Assembly: GCA_039679675.1 (NCBI GenBank)
Contig: JBDKUN010000039.1
Span: forward strand, 1 to 64,000
Length of the DNA stretch: 64,000 nt
Direction: 5' to 3'
Source: Armatimonadota bacterium
Lineage (GTDB): Bacteria > Armatimonadota > UBA5829 > DTLH01
Shown: in pieces, positions 28,019 through 37,901 of the stretch
How the letters are laid out: each line of letters starts with the position of its first letter
Position numbering within the stretch: position 1 is the stretch's first letter
Translations under genes and position numbers: made by a program
The notes under the pieces: model-generated
What the model was told of the DNA's origin: nothing
Database searches by the model: none
The model's input: the letters and a program-made list of their open reading frames with translations, nothing else

Positions 28019-29197
28019 ATGGCAGACATGATGAAGGCGGCGGTCTACCGCGGCAAGGATAATATTCGGCTGGAGGATGTCCCGATCCCGAAAGCGGGTT
28101 TCGGTGAAGCTATCGTCAAGGTGACGATGACTACCATCTGCGGCACTGATGTGCACATTATGAGAAACGAATACCCGGTTGAGGAGGGGCTGATTGTCGG
28201 TCATGAGGCGGTCGGAGTCATCCATGAGCTTGGGCCGGGGCTGGAAGGCTACAACATCGGGGACAGAGTCGCAGTTGGAGCCATTACCCCGTGCGGGACC
28301 TGCTTCTACTGCCAGAACAACCAATGGTCGCAGTGCGCAGGCTACAATAATGAGTGGAAGATGATCGGCGGCTGGCGGCTCGGTAACTCTATGGATGGAG
28401 TCCAGGCGGAGTATTTCAAAGTGCCGTACGCCCAGGCCAACATGGCAAAAATCCCTGACGAACTCTCCGATGAGGATGTAATACTCGTCACGGATATAGC
28501 CTCTACCGGCATTTCCGGCGCTGAATCGGCGAATGTCAAAATTGGCGACACTGTGGTCGTTTACGCGCAGGGACCGATAGGGCTGTGCGCGACAGCCGGA
28601 GCCAGGTTGATGGGAGCATCACTCATTATCTCAATAGATTCCATCCCCGGTAGGCTGGAAATGTCCAAGAAGATGGGGGCGGATGTCGTCATCAACTTTA
28701 AGGAACAGGACCCCATAGCCGAAGTGTTGCGGCTGACTGAAAACCGCGGCGTAGATGTGGCGATAGAAGCGCTGGGGACACAGAACACTTTCGAGAGCTG
28801 TCTCAGGTCGGTGAGACCCGCTGGGACCATCTCAAGCCTCGGCGTCTATTCGGGCAAGGTAGAGATGCCTGTCGAGCCGTATATATACGGCATCGGTGAC
28901 ATCAAGGTCGTCTCCACCCTCTGTCCGGGCGGAAAAGAGCGTATGAGACGGTTGATGGATATGGTACGGACCAAACGGCTGAACCTGAAACAACTTCTGA
29001 CTCACCATTTTATGCTGGACAATATTCTGGATGCCTACGACCTATTCTCGCATCAGCGGGATGGAGTGCTGAAGGTTGCAGTCACCCCACAGCCTGTAGA
29101 GTTCAAGCCTGAACGGGAACGGCGGGCCCCGCAGGTCGAAGAAGAGGAAGAGGAAGAAACAGGTGTCATCGGTATGAAGATGGGAGAATCGGAATAG
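28019..29197 (+). CDS. Zinc-dependent alcohol dehydrogenase (MDR, formaldehyde-dehydrogenase-like)
   Basis: ICGTD, GHEAVG, CGTCFYC..C, QGPIGL, CPGG; acidic C-terminal tail. Confidence 0.92.
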   Translation: MADMMKAAVYRGKDNIRLEDVPIPKAGFGEAIVKVTMTTICGTDVHIMRNEYPVEEGLIVGHEAVGVIHELGPGLEGYNIGDRVAVGAITPCGTCFYCQNNQWSQCAGYNNEWKMIGGWRLGNSMDGVQAEYFKVPYAQANMAKIPDELSDEDVILVTDIASTGISGAESANVKIGDTVVVYAQGPIGLCATAGARLMGASLIISIDSIPGRLEMSKKMGADVVINFKEQDPIAEVLRLTENRGVDVAIEALGTQNTFESCLRSVRPAGTISSLGVYSGKVEMPVEPYIYGIGDIKVVSTLCPGGKERMRRLMDMVRTKRLNLKQLLTHHFMLDNILDAYDLFSHQRDGVLKVAVTPQPVEFKPERERRAPQVEEEEEEETGVIGMKMGESE

Positions 29198-29212
29198 TGG
29201 GATTCAGGATAG

Positions 29213-29962
29213 CTATTTCCGCGTTTCAAGAATATCTTCGATTACCCGGAGATCGGACGGAGTATTTGCTCCCATTACCTCTTCCGCCGGAACGATGACA
29301 GCTTCGACTTTCTTCTTTTGCGCTATGGCGACTCTCACGAGGTCGGTCAGGTTCAGCTCACCGGCCTCGTTTCGCTCCATACAGCCGATATTCTCCCAGA
29401 GCCATTTCGAGTCGAAGGCATAGGCCCCGCCGTTTATCTCATGGATTAGTTTTTCTTCGACAGTCGCGCATTTTTCCTCGACCACTCCGGTTATCTCGCC
29501 TGAAGCGAGCCGCTTTATCCTGCCGTAGCCTGCGGGGTCATTGAGTTCAGCCGATACCAGCGTAATTGCCGCGCCTGAAGACAGATGCCGTTCCTTCAAC
29601 GAAATTATCGTAGCAGGAGTAAAGAGCGGGCTGTCTCCGCACATAATGATCGCAGCCCCAAGCCTTTCTCCAAGCTCATCTTTTGCAGAAAGGACCGCAT
29701 GCCCGCTTCCGAGCTGTTCATTTTGCAGAATGTAACGATAGCTGCTTCCGAGCGCGCTTTTAACATAATCCGCGCCGAAGCCGACGATGATATTTATATC
29801 AGCTATCCCGGCATTCGATAGGGTATCTATGACATAAGCGATGAGCGGACGCCCTGCGGCCTGCCGCAGCACTTTCGGAAACTCCACCGGGGCATTTTCA
29901 TCGCGCATCCTCTTTCCCTTGCCTGCGGCGAGGATTATCGCATAGAAACCCGTGTTTTTCAT
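29213..29962 (-). CDS. Nucleotidyltransferase, GlmU uridylyltransferase-domain-like without acetyltransferase domain
   Basis: LAAGKGKRM, QLGSGHAV, GYGRI, EINGG, ELNLTD; ends before any hexapeptide repeats. Confidence 0.8.
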   Translation of the reverse strand: MKNTGFYAIILAAGKGKRMRDENAPVEFPKVLRQAAGRPLIAYVIDTLSNAGIADINIIVGFGADYVKSALGSSYRYILQNEQLGSGHAVLSAKDELGERLGAAIIMCGDSPLFTPATIISLKERHLSSGAAITLVSAELNDPAGYGRIKRLASGEITGVVEEKCATVEEKLIHEINGGAYAFDSKWLWENIGCMERNEAGELNLTDLVRVAIAQKKKVEAVIVPAEEVMGANTPSDLRVIEDILETRK

Positions 29963-31296
29963 CTGGATACCAGCCAGAGTGCCTCTTCCGGTGAGAGTTT
30001 TCCGGCATGCTTACGAAGCGATTCATAGAGCGATGGGCTCGGTTTGGCAGATGAGCCTATCTTCGCGAAGAATTGGTTCTTTGCGCGCCTGTCTTTACCG
30101 AACGCTGCATCTGCTGCCGGAGAGAAGTAGCCGAAGTCAGCACAGCGGGCAAGCAGGGTGTGTCCATAGAAGAACTGGGCTCCTTTGACGAAATCTTCGA
30201 CGTAATCCGCAAGCTCCGGCGCGGCGAAATTATCGACGAACGGCAGCCCTGCCTTGTTCATCTCGGTCCCGACCGAGAGCGGAAGGTCGAAATGCTTCGC
30301 AGCATCGACAACTTCCTTCAGCTTGGCAAGTTTCAGCGCCTTTTCCTCAGGTTTTTTGATGTTCCAGTTGCGGTCGGGGATGATATTTATCGCCACGACA
30401 CCTTTTGAGGCCATAATCTCCAGATTGGCCATCATGTCGGCCTCGCCGGGGTTCATTCCGTCGAGCCATGCGGTTGTAGGTAGTGCTCCGAGACTCTTCA
30501 CCATCTCGATGACCTGCTCTACTGCAGGAAAACTGCTGGTTTCCGGCTGGACGTAACCGACTCCGCCGAATTTGATCAGTTTTGCGCGGAGTTTTTCGTG
30601 GAGCGCAGGCGTGTTCTCCATGAGCGTGCTCACTTCGGCTTCCGGCATTTCAAGCGCACCTGCCCAAAACTTCGCCGTATTATCTCCGTGGACTTCTCTG
30701 GCTTTCCGGTCATAAGCCGCCAGCAGATGCCGCTCGGTTGCGTTGCCTGACGGGGTGAGAGGGAGGACATCCCGGTCGTAGTCGAGCGAAACATCCCCTA
30801 GATAAGCGTTTATCCGCTCTATCACACCGATGTTCCGGTCTCTTGCCATTTTACGGAGCCCGCCAAAAGAGGGGTTTTCCGAACCGTTCTTTATGCACCC
30901 CTGACCCATAAAGTAGAGGATTCCCGGCTCTTTCGGGGAGTTGATGACCTTGTCCGAGTATTCGCTTACATAGACGCGCGACTCAAACCCGGCTGTAGTC
31001 TTGATTCCCAACAATTCGCCGGCGTCGAGGAACTCCTCTACTCCATCCAGCACGTCAAAATCGACCATCCCGGCGACTTCCAGCCCGTATTTCGCGGCTT
31101 CCCACACTATGCGGCTCGGCGACCAGCTTTCCGCGTTGAATGAGAAGAAGGTATGGAAGTGGATATTGACCTCCGGTTTAGGATGGGGAAGTGTTATCTT
31201 TCCTGTTTGAACAAGTTCTGCTAACTCGGTCAGCGCCGATTTTCTTGTGTTTATATCAAAGCTGTTTAGCTGTTGCTCGAGGTCAACTATTTGCAC
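29959..31296 (-). CDS. PHP-like metal-dependent phosphoesterase-fold hypothetical protein
   Basis: NIHFHTFFS (HxH), VDFD, GFE, GTE motifs in PHP-like order; GTG 31296 has a GGAG RBS. Confidence 0.6.
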   Translation of the reverse strand: MQIVDLEQQLNSFDINTRKSALTELAELVQTGKITLPHPKPEVNIHFHTFFSFNAESWSPSRIVWEAAKYGLEVAGMVDFDVLDGVEEFLDAGELLGIKTTAGFESRVYVSEYSDKVINSPKEPGILYFMGQGCIKNGSENPSFGGLRKMARDRNIGVIERINAYLGDVSLDYDRDVLPLTPSGNATERHLLAAYDRKAREVHGDNTAKFWAGALEMPEAEVSTLMENTPALHEKLRAKLIKFGGVGYVQPETSSFPAVEQVIEMVKSLGALPTTAWLDGMNPGEADMMANLEIMASKGVVAINIIPDRNWNIKKPEEKALKLAKLKEVVDAAKHFDLPLSVGTEMNKAGLPFVDNFAAPELADYVEDFVKGAQFFYGHTLLARCADFGYFSPAADAAFGKDRRAKNQFFAKIGSSAKPSPSLYESLRKHAGKLSPEEALWLVSR

Positions 31297-31408
31297 TGTT
31301 TTTTCTCCGCTTATCCGTTGTAATTGATGAACATCAATAGAAAAGCGGAAGCTGTTGCTTCCGCACTCCAAATCTCTGTTCCCTATTCCCTGTAACCTGT
31401 TCCCTCTA

Positions 31409-32293
31409 CTAAAAGTCCCGCTCTACCACAAATTTTGCTATCTCTCTCAATGGACCGGCTTTTTCATCGAAGATCGAGAGCGCGGCTATCGCATCATCCA
31501 TCGCTTTTTTAGCAAGCTCCATGGACTTTTCGATGCCGATCACGCTCGGATAGGTGGCTTTTCCCATCTCAAGGTCGCTTCCGATGGGTTTGCCGAGTTT
31601 TTCGGCGTCACCTTTAATGTCCAGAATATCGTCCGCAATCTGGAACGCGAGGCCAATGTTCCTGCCATAACAGGAGAGGGCATCCACCTGTTCCTTCGAT
31701 CCTCCGCCGAGCATGCCGCCGATAACAACTGCCACTTCGAGGAGCGCACCTGTCTTTCTTCTGTGTATCTGCTCTATCTCCCTAAGGTTTGCTTTCCGGC
31801 CCTGCGCGAGCATATCCATCACCTGGCCGCCGACCATACCGTTCGTTCCCGTTGCCTCAGCAATCCTCCGCCAGACTTCAAGAACTACATCGCTTGTGAC
31901 GCCTTTGGGAGTCTCAGAGATCATCTGGAAAGCAAATGCAAAGAGAGCATCGCCTGCGAGAAGCGCCATAGCCTCACCGAAGACTTTGTGCGATGTCGGC
32001 CTACCGCGTCTGAGGTCGTCATCGTCCATACAGGGCAGATCATCGTGGATAAGTGAGAATGCATGGATACATTCGAGCGCACAGGCGGCGGGCATTGCCA
32101 TCTCTATCCTGCCCCCCACGGCGTCGCATCCGGCCAGGGTAAGGATCGGGCGAATGCGCTTTCCGCCGTCAATTGTGCTGTAGCGCATCGCCTCATGTAC
32201 CACCCCGGGCTGATCTGCGGCCGGGGGAAGATAACGGTCGAGCGCCGCGTCCACAATCGCTTTTCGTTCTTTAAGATACTGTTTTAGTTCCAA
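31409..32293 (-). CDS. ispA: Polyprenyl diphosphate synthase (FPP/GGPP synthase)
   Basis: GGKRIRP, SLIHDDLPCMDDDDLRRG, GQ..D, KTG, FQIADDILD. Confidence 0.93.
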   Translation of the reverse strand: MELKQYLKERKAIVDAALDRYLPPAADQPGVVHEAMRYSTIDGGKRIRPILTLAGCDAVGGRIEMAMPAACALECIHAFSLIHDDLPCMDDDDLRRGRPTSHKVFGEAMALLAGDALFAFAFQMISETPKGVTSDVVLEVWRRIAEATGTNGMVGGQVMDMLAQGRKANLREIEQIHRRKTGALLEVAVVIGGMLGGGSKEQVDALSCYGRNIGLAFQIADDILDIKGDAEKLGKPIGSDLEMGKATYPSVIGIEKSMELAKKAMDDAIAALSIFDEKAGPLREIAKFVVERDF

Positions 32294-32358
32294 ACTACAT
32301 ACTCACTAACTTACAAAGACGTCTTCTGAACAACAAACTATCGCCATGAACAACTACC

Positions 32359-32425
32359 ACGTCACCCTGAACTTGATTCAGGGTCCATTCTTTTCCTGGA
32401 TGCTGAGTCAAGCTCAGCATGACGT
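32359..32425. repeat. 67-bp double-hairpin repeat (element A), copy 1
   Basis: ACGTCACCCTGAACTTGATTCAGGGTCC...GGATGCTGAGTCAAGCTCAGCATGACGT; identical to 56795-56861. Confidence 0.9.
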
Positions 32426-32474
32426 TGCGATCGTTCGGAATAACATTATGGTAACTTGTAATGAAAACCTAAGA

Positions 32475-33332
32475 TTACTTTGCCGCCCGCTCTGCCGCGT
32501 CTACGGTGTTCCTGAGGAGAATTGCGATGGTCATCGGCCCTACTCCTCCGGGAACTGGTGTAATCCATGAAGCAACCTTTTCGGCCCCTTCGTAATCGAC
32601 ATCACCCACGTCCTTACCACGGCCTTCGACCTTGTTGTAACCCGCGTCGAGGACTACTGCGCCAGGTTTGATCCAGTCTCCCTTGATAAGTTCAGGCTTT
32701 CCTACTGCTGCGATAACGATATCGGCCTGCTTCACGATACCGGGCAAATCCTTTGTTTTCGAGTGGCAGACTGTGACGGTAGCATTCCGGTTCAGGAGAG
32801 CGAGCGCAGCTGGTTTACCGAGAATGATGCTTCGTCCGACCACAACGGCATGCTTTCCGTTGATATCTATCCCGTAGCGGTCCAAAAGCTCCACCATACC
32901 GAGCGGCGTGCAGGCAATGAAAGACGGACGCCCGAGCACTAGCCTTCCGAGGCTCGTGTCGCTGATACCGTCCACATCTTTCTCCGGGTCTACGTGCGAG
33001 AGTATCTCAAGTTCGTCCAGATGCTTCGGCAGCGGGTGCTGAACGAGGATTCCATGCACATTCGGGTCTCCATTCAGCCGGTCTATGAGCGCGAGAACAT
33101 CTTCAGCGCTGCTGTCGGCGGGCAGCTCGTGCAGGTCAGATGTCATCCCCACGGCTACGCTCGCCTTTTTCTTCATGTTGGTATAGGTAACGCTCGCCGG
33201 GTCCTCTCCGACAAGTATCACAGAAAGATGGGGCGTAATCCCCTTTTCTTCTTTCAGCTTTGCCACCCTGTCGGCGACTTCCTGTTTTACAACTTTAGAG
33301 ATGGCTTTACCATCAAGGATCTGAGCTGCCAA
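32475..33332 (-). CDS. folD: Methylenetetrahydrofolate dehydrogenase/cyclohydrolase
   Basis: KDVDG, CTPLG, VGRS..GKP, TPVPGGVGPMT. Confidence 0.96.
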   Translation of the reverse strand: MAAQILDGKAISKVVKQEVADRVAKLKEEKGITPHLSVILVGEDPASVTYTNMKKKASVAVGMTSDLHELPADSSAEDVLALIDRLNGDPNVHGILVQHPLPKHLDELEILSHVDPEKDVDGISDTSLGRLVLGRPSFIACTPLGMVELLDRYGIDINGKHAVVVGRSIILGKPAALALLNRNATVTVCHSKTKDLPGIVKQADIVIAAVGKPELIKGDWIKPGAVVLDAGYNKVEGRGKDVGDVDYEGAEKVASWITPVPGGVGPMTIAILLRNTVDAAERAAK

Positions 33333-33333
33333 G

Positions 33334-33762
33334 TTATTCCTTTACCTCTTTCTGATGCTCTTTCTCGCGCAGGTAACCTGCTAGCACGCCATTTACGAAC
33401 TTGCCAGAATCAGGGGTGCTGTACTTCTTGGCAATTTCCACGGCTTCATTTATGACAACAACGTGAGGAGTACTCTCTACGTGGTCTATTTCGAAGATGG
33501 CCAGTCTGAGGATGTTCCTGTCTACCGCAGGTTGGCGGTCGAGCGGCCAATCGATGCTCAACCGCTCTATGCTGTCGTCGATCCTGCGCCGGTTCTCGTA
33601 AGTGCCTGCCGCAAGCATCTCTGCATAATCGAACACTTCCGGTTCAGCGGATACGTGTTCGCGCGCCGTTTGAATGGCTTCCTCGATAGGAATTTGCGCT
33701 ACATCAACCTGATAGACAATGTTCAGAGCCAGCTCTCGAGCGGCTCTCCTTGCTTTTTGCAT
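33334..33762 (-). CDS. nusB: Transcription antitermination factor NusB
   Basis: RRAARE, DRNILRLA, INEAVEIAK, FVNGVL. Confidence 0.95.
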   Translation of the reverse strand: MQKARRAARELALNIVYQVDVAQIPIEEAIQTAREHVSAEPEVFDYAEMLAAGTYENRRRIDDSIERLSIDWPLDRQPAVDRNILRLAIFEIDHVESTPHVVVINEAVEIAKKYSTPDSGKFVNGVLAGYLREKEHQKEVKE

Positions 33763-33769
33763 GACTTAC

Positions 33770-35125
33770 TTACGCCTGATTATTCAACATTCTTCTTCTA
33801 AGGAAACTTGTTGACAGTTCGCCCCTGCGGAAGAATGCATTGCCCATAATTTTTTGATGGAAACGGATGTTGTTCTTTATCCCGCCGATTTCGAACTCGG
33901 ACAGGCATCTGGACATCCTTGCGATGGCTTCATTCCGGTCTCTCCCCCAGACGATCAGCTTGGCAAGAAGCGGATCGTAGTAAGGCGGAAGCTCGTAACC
34001 GGAATAAATGTGTGTATCTATGCGGACGCCGAGGCCACCCGGCAGTATGAGGCTGTCCACCGTTCCGACCGACGGCTTGAACCCGTTTTCAGGGTCCTCC
34101 GCTGTGATCCTGCACTCGATGGAGTGGCCGTTTATATGCACATTCTTCTGTGAAACACTCAGCTTTTCACCGGACGCGATCCTGATCATCTCGCGGACGA
34201 TGTCTACGCCGGTAACAGCCTCTGTTACCGGATGCTCAACCTGCACCCTGGTGTTCATCTCCATAAAATAGAAATTGTCGTCTTTGTCCAGAAGGAACTC
34301 GACAGTGCCGACGCTGCTGTAGCCGACTGCTTTCGCTGCCTTGACCGCCGCATCACCCATTTTCTGTCTGAGGGACGGGGTCAGCGCAGCAGACGGGGCC
34401 TCTTCGAGCATCTTCTGGTGCCGGTCTGTCTGGATAGAGCACTCGCGCTCGCCCAGATGGATGTAATGCCCGTGCTGATCGGCCATTACCTGTATTTCGA
34501 TGTGCCTCGGGTCCTCTATATACTTCTCTATATATACATCCGGGTTGCCGAAAGACGACTCAGCTTCGGACTTAGCCATTTTGAGTGCTCTGGCAAGCTC
34601 ATCTTCGTTCTGAACGAGCCGAATTCCGCGCCCGCCGCCGCCAGCTGATGCCTTGATGAGGAGCGGATAGCCCATGTTCTGCGCGGTCTTGTAAGCCTCC
34701 TGCTCATTGTCCACAGTGCCTTTTGTGCCGGGGATTACGGGGACGCCTGCGCCCTGCATGATCTCTCTGGCTTTGGACTTATTCCCCATCTTCTCTATGG
34801 CGGATGCCTTTGGCCCGATGAAGACGATATTGCACGCTTCGCAGGCGTCGGCAAAGTTCGTCTGCTCTGAAAAATAAGCGTAGCCGGGATGGATCGCTTC
34901 CGCGCCGGTGATCATAGCTGCGCTGATGATGTTCGGCATATTGAGGTAGCTGTCCTTGTTTGGCGGCGGGCCTACGCATACAGCTTCGTCCGCAAGTCTC
35001 ACATGGAGCGAGTTCGCATCCGCCTCGGAATAGACCGCAACTGTGGCAATCTTCATCTCACGGCAGGCGCGTATAATCCGCACTGCTATCTCGCCGCGAT
35101 TGGCGATAAGTATCTTTTTGAACAC
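33770..35125 (-). CDS. accC: Acetyl-CoA carboxylase biotin carboxylase
   Basis: ANRGEIA, GGGGRG, EMNTRVQVEHPVTE. Confidence 0.96.
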   Translation of the reverse strand: MFKKILIANRGEIAVRIIRACREMKIATVAVYSEADANSLHVRLADEAVCVGPPPNKDSYLNMPNIISAAMITGAEAIHPGYAYFSEQTNFADACEACNIVFIGPKASAIEKMGNKSKAREIMQGAGVPVIPGTKGTVDNEQEAYKTAQNMGYPLLIKASAGGGGRGIRLVQNEDELARALKMAKSEAESSFGNPDVYIEKYIEDPRHIEIQVMADQHGHYIHLGERECSIQTDRHQKMLEEAPSAALTPSLRQKMGDAAVKAAKAVGYSSVGTVEFLLDKDDNFYFMEMNTRVQVEHPVTEAVTGVDIVREMIRIASGEKLSVSQKNVHINGHSIECRITAEDPENGFKPSVGTVDSLILPGGLGVRIDTHIYSGYELPPYYDPLLAKLIVWGRDRNEAIARMSRCLSEFEIGGIKNNIRFHQKIMGNAFFRRGELSTSFLRRRMLNNQA

Positions 35126-35134
35126 TTACAACTC

Positions 35135-35536
35135 CTACAGCCCTTCGTGTCCGGGCGTCGTGCATTTGACCGTACCCGCATTCGGATCGTATTGATAAGG
35201 TTGGTTCGACACAGGGCACACACCGACCGACCCAAGCCCCATGTCCTGAATGGTTGCCGGAAGCTGTTCTCCCGATGCTTTGTCCGACTCGATTGTCATT
35301 CGAATCTGCCTGAGGTTGGACATACACTGGGTCTCTTTGCCCTTATCCATAGATGCACCGACAACGGTCTGCCCCTGTTTCGGGTTAATCAGCCCTTCTC
35401 TTTTTGCCTTATCTCCCGTTCCCTGCTGGACGCGAGGGAGAAGCACACAGAACACCAGGACGAACCCGATTGCAACAGCCACCAAAAGGCCGACAAGCGT
35501 CCAATTACCTCTTTCGTTTCGAAGCGTGGAAAACAT
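35135..35536 (-). CDS. Small pilin/pseudopilin-like protein with degenerate prepilin site
   Basis: RG-NWTLVGLLVAVAI hydrophobic N-terminus, CMSNLRQI, CP...C..PGH; ATG 35536 with GGAGG RBS. Confidence 0.65.
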   Translation of the reverse strand: MFSTLRNERGNWTLVGLLVAVAIGFVLVFCVLLPRVQQGTGDKAKREGLINPKQGQTVVGASMDKGKETQCMSNLRQIRMTIESDKASGEQLPATIQDMGLGSVGVCPVSNQPYQYDPNAGTVKCTTPGHEGL

Positions 35537-35549
35537 TCGAGTATACCTC

Positions 35550-35987
35550 CTATGGGTTTTCGGCTGATTTAACCAGTCTAAAGAGCGCCTGCCCGTATTC
35601 GACCGGCATCCCATCTTCTACATAAGCTTCATCGACCACGCCATTGACATCAGACCTGACGTCGTTTATCAGTTTCATAGACTCGATAGCGCCGATAACC
35701 TGGCCAGCTTTGACCGCCGTGCCCTTCATATTCATCCCATCGGCCGTATGGAATATTCCGACCATCGGAGCCGATATGACCGTTCCTGCCGAAACTTCTT
35801 CCACGGCTTGCTCAACCGAAGCGGAAGGACGGGCATGCTTCACCGCCCCCGGTCTGGGCGCGGAGAACCCGTTGTTCCCTGCCGACTTACGTATCAGGAT
35901 GGACGAATCTTCCATCTTTACCGCAAGCTCAGTCACATGAGCATTTTTGATTACCTTTATCAACGACTCTATTCGCTCTAGGTCCAT
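35550..35987 (-). CDS. accB: Biotin carboxyl carrier protein
   Basis: APMVG, ESMKL biotinylation motif, PVEYGQ. Confidence 0.9.
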   Translation of the reverse strand: MDLERIESLIKVIKNAHVTELAVKMEDSSILIRKSAGNNGFSAPRPGAVKHARPSASVEQAVEEVSAGTVISAPMVGIFHTADGMNMKGTAVKAGQVIGAIESMKLINDVRSDVNGVVDEAYVEDGMPVEYGQALFRLVKSAENP

Positions 35988-36011
35988 TCTTTAACTATTA
36001 CCTCTCCGCGC

Positions 36012-37127
36012 TCATATTCGCAGTTTGAATATGCAAAACTCCGCGAACAGAAGCGCGCAGCTGATCGATATGATCGCCAGCCACACCACAAACAGCATGG
36101 GGACATACTCTGGTACCGCACTCTGCGATATGATATGACTCTGCGACTGCGGCAGAAACGTCACGGTACGCATAAACCGGTCGGTTACGCCCAACAATAT
36201 TCCAAAAAATGCTTCCAGCTTCGCGTATAGAAGCCAGATCGGTAAAAGTACGGCGGGAAACACGAGCGGACTGATCAACTTGTACTTCTGCTTCTGATGA
36301 AATTCATAAATAATACAAGTGCGGCACCTGGCTCGTTTGCCAGCCGCGCTCAACTTTACGCTGTGCCCCGGTGACTTGGAGGACTGGAGGTCTCCAGTAA
36401 GCATGATCCCTTCAACCGAATTGATGCCGATCGCCTTGTCTATGATGTCCTTATCGCATATGCAGCCGGATTTCAGCCTCCAGCACGACTTCCGTGCCGC
36501 ATATGTCGGGCAGTTATTCCTTACAAAACGATGGCAATACGGCATTTGCCAACACTTGGCATAAAGCCTCGGCCGATACGGCTCAACTGCTTCCTCAGCC
36601 TTTTCTTTATTCTCAGTGGGAGCCTTGCTTTTCAACCGGCTGATCGCCGTCCGGGCCTGCGAAAGAAGGCTCCAGGCCATAAGGACCATCCCGGCAACCA
36701 ATATGACAGCCCCAAGAGACCTGATCCCGGAAAGGATAATGGCTATTGCCAGCTTAGCGCTTGGGTCCGCAAGTCCAAACCGGACTGAAAACAGCCAGGG
36801 TGTCCCAACATACAACAGTGCGCCGAGCAGTGCCAGAATATATCCGAGCGTCTCCTCGACGTAATACCTGCCGATCACACAAGCTGCAAAGACCGTGCCG
36901 GAGATTCTGACAAGAGCGCAGGCGGTTGCAACATTGGACAGCACTCTTTTCTGGTCAGCCAGAGGCAGGCTCCCCAATCTGAGAAGCCCGTTCTGAGCAG
37001 CCAACCCATATATGAGGTATCCAAGGGCGAGAATAAATACCGCTGCGGCAAGTTTCAGACCCATACTGGTGACATTATCAACCAGGTCGAGGATCAGCTT
37101 GCGCTTTGTCAAGCGCTTTTGCGCCAT
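36012..37127 (-). CDS. Hypothetical multi-pass membrane protein with a Cys-rich cytoplasmic loop
   Basis: Several TMs; CW..C..CP..CW..CxC..CxxC pattern; in-operon position with RBS. Confidence 0.75.
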   Translation of the reverse strand: MAQKRLTKRKLILDLVDNVTSMGLKLAAAVFILALGYLIYGLAAQNGLLRLGSLPLADQKRVLSNVATACALVRISGTVFAACVIGRYYVEETLGYILALLGALLYVGTPWLFSVRFGLADPSAKLAIAIILSGIRSLGAVILVAGMVLMAWSLLSQARTAISRLKSKAPTENKEKAEEAVEPYRPRLYAKCWQMPYCHRFVRNNCPTYAARKSCWRLKSGCICDKDIIDKAIGINSVEGIMLTGDLQSSKSPGHSVKLSAAGKRARCRTCIIYEFHQKQKYKLISPLVFPAVLLPIWLLYAKLEAFFGILLGVTDRFMRTVTFLPQSQSHIISQSAVPEYVPMLFVVWLAIISISCALLFAEFCIFKLRI

Positions 37128-37161
37128 AGCCGGTCTCCTTTAGAAGGCGGGCATAGGATAT

Positions 37162-37719
37162 TTACTTTGCGCGTTCCAGATAAGCGTCGGTCCGCGTATC
37201 CACCTTTAGCTTATCTCCGATGTTGATAAAGAACGGGACTTGAATGACTGCCCCGGTCTCAAGTTTGGCTGGTTTTGATCCGCCGGATGCGGTATCTCCG
37301 CGCACTCCCGGATCGGTCTCTATTACCTCAAGCTCCACTGTGAACGGCAGTTCCACTCCGATGATCTCGTCATTGTGAGAAACGGTCATTACCTGCTCGT
37401 TCTCTTTGAGATACTTCACGGGATCACCTATCATCTCTTTGCTGACAGGTATCTGCTCGAACGACTCCAGGTCCATCAAAAAGTAGTCGCCGTCCTGCTG
37501 ATAAATATATTGCATCGGCTTGCGTTCAAGCACCGCCTGCTCCATTTTTTCACCCGCGCGGAACGTCTTGTCTATGACTCCGCCGGTCTTAACGTTTTTG
37601 AGCTTCGTTCTGACGAACGCGCCGCCTTTACCCGGTTTGACATGCTGAAATTCAACTATCGTAAAGATATCGTTGTCCAGTAGTATCGAAAGTCCGTTCT
37701 TAAAATCACTGGTATCCAT
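37162..37719 (-). CDS. efp: Elongation factor P
   Basis: HVKPGKGGAFVRTK, PGVRGDT, KPAKLETG. Confidence 0.97.
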   Translation of the reverse strand: MDTSDFKNGLSILLDNDIFTIVEFQHVKPGKGGAFVRTKLKNVKTGGVIDKTFRAGEKMEQAVLERKPMQYIYQQDGDYFLMDLESFEQIPVSKEMIGDPVKYLKENEQVMTVSHNDEIIGVELPFTVELEVIETDPGVRGDTASGGSKPAKLETGAVIQVPFFINIGDKLKVDTRTDAYLERAK

Positions 37720-37760
37720 TAATTGGTTACGCCCCCAAAATCTCCTTACAATTCGCCAAA

Positions 37761-37789
37761 ATTATAGCATAATGAAGAACTACTGGCAA
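37761..37789 (-). promoter_or_regulatory. sigma70 promoter of the efp operon
   Basis: TTGCCA-N17-TATAAT with extended -10 on the minus strand. Confidence 0.65.
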
Positions 37790-37821
37790 ATTATTGAGCG
37801 CGTATAAAAGCAAAACCGTTC

Positions 37822-37850
37822 TTGACACGTATATGGCTGGTTGATATACT
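37822..37850 (+). promoter_or_regulatory. sigma70 promoter of the phosphatase/anti-sigma operon
   Basis: TTGACA-N17-TATACT. Confidence 0.65.
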
Positions 37851-37901
37851 CGTACTTGACTGGCCGGTCAGATTCCTCTCGGAAGTGAAAGGTGACCCAG
37901 T

